A DNA stretch of 64,000 nucleotides from Candidatus Aminicenantes bacterium UBA6072 (GTDB lineage Bacteria > Acidobacteriota > Aminicenantia > UBA2199), in contig DIXU01000008.1 in assembly GCA_002436105.1 (NCBI GenBank), positions 145,979 through 209,978 of the forward strand, in the 5' to 3' direction. Shown here piece after piece: positions 52,771 to 61,674 of the stretch. The stretch's first letter is position 1; every line of letters starts with the position of its first letter. The position numbers were made by a program, and so were the translations under genes. The notes beneath the pieces are model-generated. The model searched no databases. It worked only from the letters and a program-made list of their open reading frames with translations, and was not told the DNA's origin.

Positions 52771-54669
52771 TCAGTCGTTGATCACCTGGATGGCAGGGTA
52801 AATTTTCCAACCTCTGCCTTTGGTAAAAGAAAAATGATTCATCTCGCAATGAGGCAAATTGATGGCATAGCCATTTTGTTGCTTATAGCCTTCATAAATA
52901 TGGATTTCCCGATGGATCGGGAATGAATCTTCGAGGATGGGAAAACCATTCTCGGTCATGGCGGGCAGGCAGGATTGCGAGAAAATGGTGGCTGCAATAT
53001 CTGCGGTTTGCGTTTCCCTCTGGGAAATCGTGAGCTGTGATGCGGAACGATGAGCCGGTTTGATCAGCAATAATGCCTGGCTCCATTTATCCATTTGCCT
53101 GGCATCAAAATCAGGGCGTTTGATCAGGGCATCGATTTCACTCATCGTCTCCGCAGATTCGGGGGTTTTCAGGGAAAACAGATTATCTTCTTTGTATGCG
53201 AAGCCATGGTCGGAATGGATCATTATGGTCGCATTATCGTAACGATCAAGGCGCTTCAACTCGGAAACGAATTGATCGATCAAGTTGAAACAGGCTTGAA
53301 CCTGGTCGTTGCGGGTCGTTCCTTCCGGGTGATAGACGAGTTTGCCGTCCAAAACATATGGATTATGTGGAAGATAAATATGCGCCTCGACATAATGTCC
53401 TTGGTGCCCGCGCAATTCTTCCTCAGCAAGCATTGTCCGAAATATGTTCAAGGCGGTACCGACCCGCAAGTGCGTATTGGAAAAATCGCCTTTCTTGCCA
53501 AAATTTCGGCTCAGTAAGCCCCGACCTTGGTCATAAACCTCTTTTCGTAATGGAACCGGTGCCAGTCTCAGCAGGCAGAGATCTGCGAAATTCAGGCGGT
53601 GCAGAATCTGATTATGCGCATGATGCTGGATTCTGTCAGCAACCGCGAAGGACACCTTTCTGAATGCAGGCTCATTTCTTTTAAAACTCGCATTCCCATA
53701 AAGGGAAGTCAGCCAACCGTTTTCCAGCATTCGTTCGGAAATGGTTGGAATGGCTGCATTCAAAATCCACTCCCGCATATTCCCACCTTTAAAAAATGAG
53801 CCGGTTTTGCAGCATGTCACCGATGGCTGAGTCCATAAATAGTTTGCTCTATTTTTCGGATAAAAAATGAAGTCTTTTAAGGTTCTTTGGTGCTTGCTTT
53901 TTGGATAGCATGTTTGAAATTCTTGTGAACCGAAACTGTCAAAAAGCAGCCGGTAGATGTTGCCGCCGGTAATGGTCGCTTGGGGAATGGGATAAGTGAT
54001 TTTTTTGGTTGGATCGGCATAACCATGGTCTGAATGACTTCCCTTGACATCCAATTTCACCAGCAGCAGGATGAGTATCAAAATGGCTATTGTTCCGCCC
54101 ATCGCTCGCAGCAATTTCCGCGGCAAACGAATGAAAGCGAATAGCAGCAGCAAAAATATCAAGCACTGCAGCAAAGTCGCAGCCACAGGTTCAAGCGGTG
54201 TCCATTTGTCCTCCATCCCGCTCGGGGATGACATGCGCAACGGGAAAAGGATTTGCGACAGGTAGACAAACAGCCCAATGAAAAAGAACAACCGGCTCAG
54301 TCGTGAGCGCCACAATGGAGAAAACGTGAACGAAAGAAATAAAAGAACCCCCATGCTTGCGCCGGCGGCAATCAAAAAGGAGTGCAATACATCGCTGGGG
54401 AATTCATTCAGGTTACCCAGGAACAATTCCACCGGAATGGAAATGAATAAAATGGTGGGCAGGAAGCTGGCCAGTGCCATATCACTGAGCCGGTCAATCA
54501 GCAAACTCTTGTGATTTTTCACAAGCCCCCCCTGTGCCATCCGCCAACATTTTATATAATTTTTTCTTTCCGTCAATATAGTTTCAATTGCCGATGGGGT
54601 GCCGATACTGCATGACAATAAATGGTTCTCTTTCCCCATATTTCCGCAAGTTGGGCTTGAAATTTCCAT
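52771..54669 (-). CDS. membrane-anchored LtaS/EptA/sulfatase-like transferase, low-GC paralog of 29949..31805
   Basis: Multi-TM N-terminus then a sulfatase-fold domain (HSDHGF). True start may be an internal Met (MAQGGL or MALASF). Confidence 0.6.
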   Translation of the reverse strand: MEISSPTCGNMGKENHLLSCSIGTPSAIETILTERKNYIKCWRMAQGGLVKNHKSLLIDRLSDMALASFLPTILFISIPVELFLGNLNEFPSDVLHSFLIAAGASMGVLLFLSFTFSPLWRSRLSRLFFFIGLFVYLSQILFPLRMSSPSGMEDKWTPLEPVAATLLQCLIFLLLLFAFIRLPRKLLRAMGGTIAILILILLLVKLDVKGSHSDHGYADPTKKITYPIPQATITGGNIYRLLFDSFGSQEFQTCYPKSKHQRTLKDFIFYPKNRANYLWTQPSVTCCKTGSFFKGGNMREWILNAAIPTISERMLENGWLTSLYGNASFKRNEPAFRKVSFAVADRIQHHAHNQILHRLNFADLCLLRLAPVPLRKEVYDQGRGLLSRNFGKKGDFSNTHLRVGTALNIFRTMLAEEELRGHQGHYVEAHIYLPHNPYVLDGKLVYHPEGTTRNDQVQACFNLIDQFVSELKRLDRYDNATIMIHSDHGFAYKEDNLFSLKTPESAETMSEIDALIKRPDFDARQMDKWSQALLLIKPAHRSASQLTISQRETQTADIAATIFSQSCLPAMTENGFPILEDSFPIHREIHIYEGYKQQNGYAINLPHCEMNHFSFTKGRGWKIYPAIQVIND

Positions 54670-54747
54670 GCTCCTTCGAGACTGAATCCACGCTGCGCGA
54701 GCATAAGGTTATGGCCGGGCGGCTGTGGCGGGCAATCCCGGCCCAAC

Positions 54748-54950
54748 GAACATGGAGGCGGTCAAGGCTTCATCTCCCTAACGCCCGGCTTCCATGCCTC
54801 CAAGATGCTCGAACTGGACATGATGGACTTTTCCGCCAGACGCTCTTGTCGCTGGCCTTTCTCCGAGAAATCAAATTCATGCCCGGGCTGCCCAAAAACA
54901 CCCGGGCAGGGTCACGGGCCGCGTACGGGTCACCTGATCGTGGGGCAAGT
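54748..54950 (+). pseudogene. degenerate copy of the acs 3' end (frameshifted, premature stop)
   Basis: About 70% nt identity to 50416-50620. Translation PGFHASKMLELDMMDF...PGCPKT versus acs PGFQASKMLELDIMNF...PGLPKT, broken by indels. Confidence 0.7.
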
Positions 54951-55056
54951 AGACCACCGGCATTTACACCCTGGAAAACGGCTGCAGCTCCCGCTATCGC
55001 CCGCCGCATCGGGATCCGCGATCGTTGCGGATCGAGAAATCTTGCCGACCGCTCCC

Positions 55057-57819
55057 CTACTTCTCCGGCGGAACAGCCAGGGAGCGGTAAATTCCGGAAT
55101 CGACGAAAGCACGATGGAAGCTTTCGCCGCTCAGTTCGCGTACCGTCGGCAGCCGGCGCAGGTAATCGTGGGTGCGGAGGATCAGGTCCCGGTCCATCAG
55201 CTTGGCCGCCGCCTCGGGCAGGGATTGAAAATAAAAAGGGTACTCTGCCCCCAGGTATTCCACCACCGACTCCAGGGGATTGATCAGCAGCGGCGTGTAG
55301 CGCACCATGCATTCGACGATGGCATTGCAGGCGGACGAGTCGTACAGGAACATGAAGACGACGTTCCGGCTCAGCAGCCAGTCATATTCCTGGTTGGACA
55401 GGCAGGGGATGGTCACGACGGAGGAGAGATCCACGTGGACGAAAGTGCCCTCGCGGACCAACATCTCCTTTTCTTTGGCCATCAGCGCGGGGAGGCTGGG
55501 ATGGCCGACGTCCAGAAAGACTTTTTTGAAGTCGGTTTTGGGCAGCTGGTGGATCGCGTGCAGCCGCCGCAGCCACCACCCCACCTGGACGATCATTTTA
55601 TCCGCGTTGGCGGCGAACGCCTCCGGGGACCATTTCAAATCGGGCGTCTCGCTGGGCAAGCGCAGCGTCTCCACCGGGATCTTCAGCATCTCCATCAGAT
55701 GCCTCTGGTGATACCGGGAAAAGGCGAAAAGCCCGCGGCACCAGGGCAGGCTTTTCCGCCAGGATTCCGAGGCGAAGATGGCCGGGTTGCTCTGTTCGGG
55801 ATGGAACCACTCGGGCAGGCGCGGCGGGACATGGATGAAGCCGATCCAGGGCGTTTCGTGGCCCTGATTGCCCTGGGGCAGCCAGGAAAAGGTCCTCTCG
55901 ATGAACGCGTCGAGCTCGACGCCCCGGGGATGGTGCAGCCCCAGCAGGAAGCGCAGCCCGTATTTCAATCCGCTGCGATGAAGCCCGAAATCCAGGCGCA
56001 GCTGGTCGGCCAAAGCGATCTTCCTCTCCCCGGCGGGAGGCATGGCGGCCAGGCTGGCGATCTCGCTTTCGGGCAGCCTTCGTTCCGCCTGCCGCGCTTT
56101 CAGGCTTTGCAGGAACTTCTTCCCCATGCGCAACGGCAGCAGCAGGAACCGGCCCAGGCGGAACGAATGGCTGTTCCGGAGGATGGCCACGTTGTTCCGC
56201 AGCAGGGAGATCTCCGCGGTTTTTTCCCTCAGCGCTCCGTTCAACTCCCCGATCGTCCGCTCATTCTCCTGCAGGTCATTCTTCAGCCGCCCGATCGACA
56301 ATTCCCTCTCTGCCAGCACACCCGTCAGTGCTTGGCTTTTCTCGCCTACTCGATCCAACTCGCCGGATAAGTGCGCGATCTCCATTTCCCTTCCCTGCAG
56401 TGCGGCCTTCAAGGCATCGATCTTCCGATTTTTCTCGATCCCGTCACTTTGCAGCCGCCAGAGCGATGCGTTTTCCTCGGTCAGCGTGCCGCTGAGCGTT
56501 TCGATCTTCCGGTCCCTCTCCTTCAGGTCGCCTTGCAGTCGCCCGATCGTCCCTTCCCTTTCGGCCAGCGCGCCCTTCAGCTCCTCGATCTCCCTTCTTC
56601 TCTCCCCCACCTCCGTGGCTCCCCGGGCAAGCGAATCGGAGAATCGCGAAACCTGCTCATTCCTGACCTTCAGCTCCGCGACCAGGCCGTCGATCGTCTC
56701 CACTTTCTTTCGCCAGCCGTCCAGCAACCGGTCCGTCATTCTCTCCGCGAGTCTTATCCAATCGCCATTCCTTCCGTCCTCCAGGATATTCCTGGATCTG
56801 ACCGGCTTCACCGCTTCCGCGGCCCGCAGCCGGGTGGCGATCCCGGCCGGAAGCCGCCTGGCGGCCTCCCGGGAAAGCACATGCGGCTGGTTGCCGGCGA
56901 TCAAGCCCTGCACTTGGTCCTCGATCGCCGCCATGGCCTCCGGCGGCAGGGGAAAGGCCGAATAGCGCGTGATATGGCAGTCGCTGAAATCCAGGGAGCC
57001 GGCTTTTTTACCGCCGAGCCAGCGCTGGACCCCGGCGCGGTAGGCGTGGTCAGCGGACAGGGCATTGATGTCCCAGAGCATGTCCGCATGCGTGGCGTTC
57101 TCGAGCAGTGCCAGCAGCCAAAGGTAATAGAAGATGAAGTACTTCTCTTTTTCTTCGTACGCCTGGCTCAGGACCCGGTAGAACGATTCTTCATCGGCAT
57201 AGTCGGAGGAATCGAATTTCAGCAACGGCAGCGCATCCCATAAGGGGCGGATAAGGTCATGTTCACGGTTTTTGCTCATGGCGATGATATCCATCAGGAA
57301 GAACGCGTCATAGCCTGTCCGCTCGCGAAGGGCCGCGTACGACTGCCATTGATCCCTCGGGTCGCGGTGGAGATAGATGTTCAATGAACGGGGATAGGCG
57401 GCCTTGAACCAGGCGCTGCGCAGCGCCGTGCGGTTGAACTGGAACAGCGGTACGCGGGGGCCGCTGGCCTGGATCAGAAAGTCGATATATTTTTTCTGTT
57501 CGGAATCGGCCTCGCTGCCCGCCTGGCAGAACCAGTCGAAGCTCAGTTCCTTCCTGAAAAAAGGCACGCCGGGGATTCCGGGCCTCAGTAGGGTTTCGTA
57601 TTCGTACAGATAGTGCCGGTCGAGCTCCGGGTGTCCCGCCGCCTTGAAATTGCGGGTCAGGACATCCTGGACGTTGTCCACGGTCACGCCCCCGAGAAGC
57701 TGATGGAACGGCTCGTAATAACAGACGTAGCCCGGAAGCTGGCGGAACTTGTTCCAGACATAGGTGCTGCCGGTGCGGAACAGGGCATGGATGAAAATCG
57801 GGCGCGCTTTCATGTTCAC
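55057..57819 (-). CDS. sulfotransferase-like P-loop domain + repetitive coiled-coil spacer + C-terminal domain (920 aa)
   Basis: N-terminal IFIHALFRTGSTYVW (5'-PSB-like P-loop). Residues about 395-560 form heptad-rich degenerate about 28-aa repeats. RBS-less, possibly leaderless. Confidence 0.6.
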   Translation of the reverse strand: MNMKARPIFIHALFRTGSTYVWNKFRQLPGYVCYYEPFHQLLGGVTVDNVQDVLTRNFKAAGHPELDRHYLYEYETLLRPGIPGVPFFRKELSFDWFCQAGSEADSEQKKYIDFLIQASGPRVPLFQFNRTALRSAWFKAAYPRSLNIYLHRDPRDQWQSYAALRERTGYDAFFLMDIIAMSKNREHDLIRPLWDALPLLKFDSSDYADEESFYRVLSQAYEEKEKYFIFYYLWLLALLENATHADMLWDINALSADHAYRAGVQRWLGGKKAGSLDFSDCHITRYSAFPLPPEAMAAIEDQVQGLIAGNQPHVLSREAARRLPAGIATRLRAAEAVKPVRSRNILEDGRNGDWIRLAERMTDRLLDGWRKKVETIDGLVAELKVRNEQVSRFSDSLARGATEVGERRREIEELKGALAEREGTIGRLQGDLKERDRKIETLSGTLTEENASLWRLQSDGIEKNRKIDALKAALQGREMEIAHLSGELDRVGEKSQALTGVLAERELSIGRLKNDLQENERTIGELNGALREKTAEISLLRNNVAILRNSHSFRLGRFLLLPLRMGKKFLQSLKARQAERRLPESEIASLAAMPPAGERKIALADQLRLDFGLHRSGLKYGLRFLLGLHHPRGVELDAFIERTFSWLPQGNQGHETPWIGFIHVPPRLPEWFHPEQSNPAIFASESWRKSLPWCRGLFAFSRYHQRHLMEMLKIPVETLRLPSETPDLKWSPEAFAANADKMIVQVGWWLRRLHAIHQLPKTDFKKVFLDVGHPSLPALMAKEKEMLVREGTFVHVDLSSVVTIPCLSNQEYDWLLSRNVVFMFLYDSSACNAIVECMVRYTPLLINPLESVVEYLGAEYPFYFQSLPEAAAKLMDRDLILRTHDYLRRLPTVRELSGESFHRAFVDSGIYRSLAVPPEK
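56142..56637. repeat. degenerate tandem coding repeats (about 84 nt unit) specifying the coiled-coil spacer
   Basis: Repeated units visible on the plus strand (…cagccgcccgatcg…ccttcaag/ctgcag…) and as a repeated SxSxxPxSxSI pattern in the shadow frame. Confidence 0.55.
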
Positions 57820-57899
57820 CTCAATTCATCGCTGCGGCCGGGATACTGAGCGTTCGTCAACATTCCGACCTCCCCTGCCATCCAGTATATCACAAGCGT

Positions 57900-59330
57900 T
57901 CATTCGCCGACGATGATTTCAACCCGATGCGGATGCCCGTCGGCGTCGGGGTCGAGTACCCGGTTGACGCGCACGAAAACGAGAGAATGAGAGCCCTGCT
58001 CGACACGATGGACATTCCGCACCCGCGCTTCCCCGGCGGCTGCAAATTTCAGCCGGTCCCCGGCCCTGACCGGCAGGGACGCATCCCTGGCGACATCCAG
58101 CAAGAACAGGTTCTTTCTTTCCCGGTGGATGCCGTTCGACCACTTGCCGTTCGTAAATCGGCTGATTGGATGCGACCGGGGCAATTCAGCGCGCCGCGCT
58201 CCATTGCCATGGTTGCAATACGCCTGCGCCAGCTTCCGCGAGAATTCTCCGGCGCGGGACATCTTAAGATGGAAATAATCCGGGATGTCGTCATCGGCAT
58301 ACGAGAAATCGGTTGTCAGCAGCGCAACGCCCCATTTTTTGAACTGTTCCCTTATTATGGCTTTATTCCTCTCATGGTTCGGCGTCGCGTAGGCCTTGAG
58401 TTCCATGGAATAAGCCGGCAGGTTTACGAAAAACACCTCCCCGCCCTGCCTCTTGATCAAGCGGACGATATCCGCCAGCACGCTGCCGTCCCAGCGGTTG
58501 AGAATCGGCCGGCGACTCGCTGCCAGCGATTGATAGTATCGCCGCGCGCTTTTCTTGGCCCTCTCCATGGTTTTCGCGTCGGTCATGATCCCGCCGATCG
58601 CCTGGATCACGGGCCTTGGCTCGGGCGGGAGCGGAGGCAGGCGCAACAGCAGGTTCGCTACCCGGTAGAGCATTTTTTGCCCCTGCGCCTCGAATTCATG
58701 CCTGACCCGTTCCCGATTGCTGACGATTTTTGAGCTTCCCAGCAGGAATTTCGCCGTCACCAGGAATTTGTCCGTCCATGCGGTTCCCTTGGAGCGCCAG
58801 AAGGGCAAGAGGTCGGGGAAGCGCAGCAGAGGCACGAGAAGCTCCGGCTGGCGGTTGAACCATATGGACTTCCAATTGCCGTGATATTGATAAAGAGGGG
58901 CATCCGACATGGCTTCAGCGAACAAGGTCACGCCTTTCAGGGATTCCGGGTATCTGCGCAGCAGGTTGCGCAGCCCAAGGTAATGAAGCTGGGGCGAGGA
59001 GAAGCCCCTGCCCAGGTTGACGGAGACGATCCTTCGCTGCCGAACCTTCGCCATCTCCACGCTGAAAGCCTTCTCGATGAAGGCGGCCGCCACCTTGGAC
59101 GAACCGACAAAGGCAAAATCGATCCTGCCCCGCCTGGCGATCGCTTCGGCGCGGGCATACCACAGGGGAGCCGCCACATCGCTCTTTCGCAGCAAATATT
59201 CAACGGCGACCAGGATCAGGAGTGGGATGACCACCCACTGGGAACGGACGAGCAGCCTTCGTAATACCGGTTTTCCGGCCTTGGAAACTGGAGAAGACGG
59301 CGGCACCATCGAGTCCTCAGAACCGGGCAT
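57900..59330 (-). CDS. membrane-anchored hypothetical protein, likely MBOAT partner (DltD/AlgJ-like role)
   Basis: N-terminal TM then a large extracytoplasmic domain. 14-nt overlap with the MBOAT gene. Confidence 0.5.
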   Translation of the reverse strand: MPGSEDSMVPPSSPVSKAGKPVLRRLLVRSQWVVIPLLILVAVEYLLRKSDVAAPLWYARAEAIARRGRIDFAFVGSSKVAAAFIEKAFSVEMAKVRQRRIVSVNLGRGFSSPQLHYLGLRNLLRRYPESLKGVTLFAEAMSDAPLYQYHGNWKSIWFNRQPELLVPLLRFPDLLPFWRSKGTAWTDKFLVTAKFLLGSSKIVSNRERVRHEFEAQGQKMLYRVANLLLRLPPLPPEPRPVIQAIGGIMTDAKTMERAKKSARRYYQSLAASRRPILNRWDGSVLADIVRLIKRQGGEVFFVNLPAYSMELKAYATPNHERNKAIIREQFKKWGVALLTTDFSYADDDIPDYFHLKMSRAGEFSRKLAQAYCNHGNGARRAELPRSHPISRFTNGKWSNGIHRERKNLFLLDVARDASLPVRAGDRLKFAAAGEARVRNVHRVEQGSHSLVFVRVNRVLDPDADGHPHRVEIIVGE

Positions 59331-60762
59331 AGATGAAATCCTGGGAGGCAGGCGCGAAAAAAACGATCAGCAGCAGGATCAAGGCCGTGACCAGGGCGGG
59401 ACCCAGCCCGTATCTCCAGCCCGGAATGCTCCGGGGGTCATCGCGGCTGCAGCCCAGTGATTCAAGCCCCCAGAGGATGAAGCAGTAAAAAAGAGGCATG
59501 AAAAGCATTTTGATATCGGCGGCGGCCGGCGGGAAATCGACGAAGATCCGGCGCAGGAAATCCCAGGCCTGGCCCAGGCTATGCGCCCGGAAGATGAGCC
59601 ACCCCAAGGCGGTCAGGTGAAAAAAAACGAATGCTTTCGCCAGCCGCAGAAACCCGGATCGGCTGCGCCTCTTTTTTCTGCGCCGGACCAAAAGATGATG
59701 CAAGGCAATGAGGATGCCGTGGTAGCCGCCCCAGACGACGAAGGTCCAGGCGGCGCCGTGCCAAAGGCCGGCGAGGAGCATGGTGCCGGTGATGCCGATC
59801 ACGTATCCCCAGTCTTCGACTTTCAGCTTCAGGGCCGGTTTTTCAACATGCCGCATCACGGCGTAGGCGATGGGCAGGAATAAATAATCCCTGAGCCAGG
59901 TGGAGAGCGTGATGTGCCAGCGTTGCCAGAATTCCACCGGGTTTGCGGCCAGGTAGGGGCGGTCGAAATTCAACGGGGTTTCGAATCCCAGGAGCTTGCC
60001 GATGCCGCGGGCAATATCCGAGTAGCCGCTGAAATCGCAGTAGATCTGGAAGGAGAATGCATAGGTCGCCAGGAGAACATGGAATCCGGAAACGGAGCCG
60101 CCGCCATCGAACACGTCATGCACGACGAGCGCGAGGTTGTCGGCCACGACCGCTTTCTTGAAGAGGCCCCAAAGGATCAACCAGGAACCCTGGATCATCT
60201 TGTCCCTTGACAGGGACCGGGGAGCATGCAATTGGGGGAGAAAGTGGGCGGCGCGCTCGATGGGACCGGCCAGGAGCTGCGGAAAGAAGGAAACGTAAAG
60301 GGCGTAATCGAAAAAATTGCCGGTGGGTTCCAGCTGCCCGCGATAGACGTCGATGGTGTAGGTCAGGGTCTTGAAGGTATAGAAGGACAATGCCGCGGGC
60401 ACGATGATGTGCAGCGCCGGTTCGGGCAGCCCGAGGCCCAGCATTCGCGAAAATCCAACGAGGCTGGATATGAAGAACCCCAGGTACTTGAAGAGGAACA
60501 GGATCCCCAGGTTGACGGCCAGGCTGATCCCCAGGTAGCGCCGCTTCTTGGCCATGCCGTCGGCGAGGTGGATCTTCCGCGCCACCAGGAAGTCCACCGC
60601 GGTGGAGAAAAGGATCAGGAACAGGAAGCGCGGGTCCAGCGCACCGTAGAACGCATAGCTGGCGGCCAGCAGCAGGCGGTTTTGCTTTTTTTGTGAAAAA
60701 AAACTATGGAGCACGAGGACAAGGCCTATGAAGAGAAAGAACTGCGCAGAGTGAAAGGACAA
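59317..60762 (-). CDS. MBOAT-family membrane O-acyltransferase (AlgI/DltB-like)
   Basis: Polytopic. Conserved FWQRWHITLSTWLRDY with catalytic His, and LWHGAAWTF. Confidence 0.8.
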   Translation of the reverse strand: MSFHSAQFFLFIGLVLVLHSFFSQKKQNRLLLAASYAFYGALDPRFLFLILFSTAVDFLVARKIHLADGMAKKRRYLGISLAVNLGILFLFKYLGFFISSLVGFSRMLGLGLPEPALHIIVPAALSFYTFKTLTYTIDVYRGQLEPTGNFFDYALYVSFFPQLLAGPIERAAHFLPQLHAPRSLSRDKMIQGSWLILWGLFKKAVVADNLALVVHDVFDGGGSVSGFHVLLATYAFSFQIYCDFSGYSDIARGIGKLLGFETPLNFDRPYLAANPVEFWQRWHITLSTWLRDYLFLPIAYAVMRHVEKPALKLKVEDWGYVIGITGTMLLAGLWHGAAWTFVVWGGYHGILIALHHLLVRRRKKRRSRSGFLRLAKAFVFFHLTALGWLIFRAHSLGQAWDFLRRIFVDFPPAAADIKMLFMPLFYCFILWGLESLGCSRDDPRSIPGWRYGLGPALVTALILLLIVFFAPASQDFIYARF

Positions 60763-61623
60763 CTATTTCCTCAATATCACTTCGAGGACACCGGTGGAAT
60801 AATTGCCGATCGCAGCGGATTGTCCGGGCAGGGAAATTCCGGAGAGCGGCCGAGATGCCATGTCTTTAATCGCGGCCAGTTTGCGTAAAACGCCTCTGGG
60901 CGGATTCCCCCATGAAGTTTCCCTCAGCTTTTCGATGGTGAGTTTTGCTTCCCTCAGGATACGGACAATGGTTTCAACCGGGTAGCGGTTCAGCATGGGG
61001 TTGTCGTAGATCCAGTCTGCGATCTTCTGGGCATGAACCTGGGGGATGCCCTCTGTCTCCAGGTAGCGCCTCATTTCGTCCTTATTGTAAATCAAATGAT
61101 ACCAATCGGGGATGGGATTGTTGGCATTGAATTCATACTTGACACCGTCGGCTTGCACCCAGACATGATGCCCAAGGCGGCAAGACCACAACGGCCCCCC
61201 GTGCAAATAGGCCCGGCCGCCTCTTGTCAGCACCCGGCATATTTCCGCTAAAACCTTATCCAGGTCATGCAGGTGCTCCAGGACGGCAATGCCGAAAACG
61301 ATGTCGAACTCCTCCCCGGGAAATTTCAAATCGCGAGCGTCCATATTGGAATAATCGATATCCGTATCGATTGGCTTGCTGGCGATATCCGTCCGATTGT
61401 TGATAACGCATATTTTTCTTGCGCCCCGTGTGCGCAATTCTCTGGCGACGCTATAAGGCGGACTTCCTCCGATTTCCAGCACCTTCTTCCCTGTGAACGG
61501 GTATCTGGCATTAAAATAATCAATGGATTGTTTTTGATATTTCTGCAATTCAAAGCCGCTGTTTTTCATGATCTGTCGGGCAAGGCCGGCGACGGCGAAG
61601 TACAGATCGGACATGGGCCACAA
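60763..61623 (-). CDS. class I SAM-dependent methyltransferase
   Basis: VLEIGGSPPYS motif I, DIVFGIAVLEH motif, RGGRAYL. Confidence 0.7.
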   Translation of the reverse strand: MWPMSDLYFAVAGLARQIMKNSGFELQKYQKQSIDYFNARYPFTGKKVLEIGGSPPYSVARELRTRGARKICVINNRTDIASKPIDTDIDYSNMDARDLKFPGEEFDIVFGIAVLEHLHDLDKVLAEICRVLTRGGRAYLHGGPLWSCRLGHHVWVQADGVKYEFNANNPIPDWYHLIYNKDEMRRYLETEGIPQVHAQKIADWIYDNPMLNRYPVETIVRILREAKLTIEKLRETSWGNPPRGVLRKLAAIKDMASRPLSGISLPGQSAAIGNYSTGVLEVILRK

Positions 61624-61674
61624 AAGGATGGTCGTACGGGGCTCAAGGATGTGCCGCCTGGCTCTCGAATCCGC

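Noticed and set aside
55005-55031. GATCCGC-gatcgtt-GCGGATC hairpin downstream of the 920-aa gene
   Set aside because: No U-tract on the relevant (minus) strand. Kept only as a possible RNA-stability element, not called as a terminator.
54805-56370. 521-aa plus-strand ORF starting inside the acs remnant
   Set aside because: It begins with the frameshifted acs-like peptide, then runs antisense through the coiled-coil repeat region of the 920-aa minus-strand gene. It is an artefact of the repeats and the remnant.
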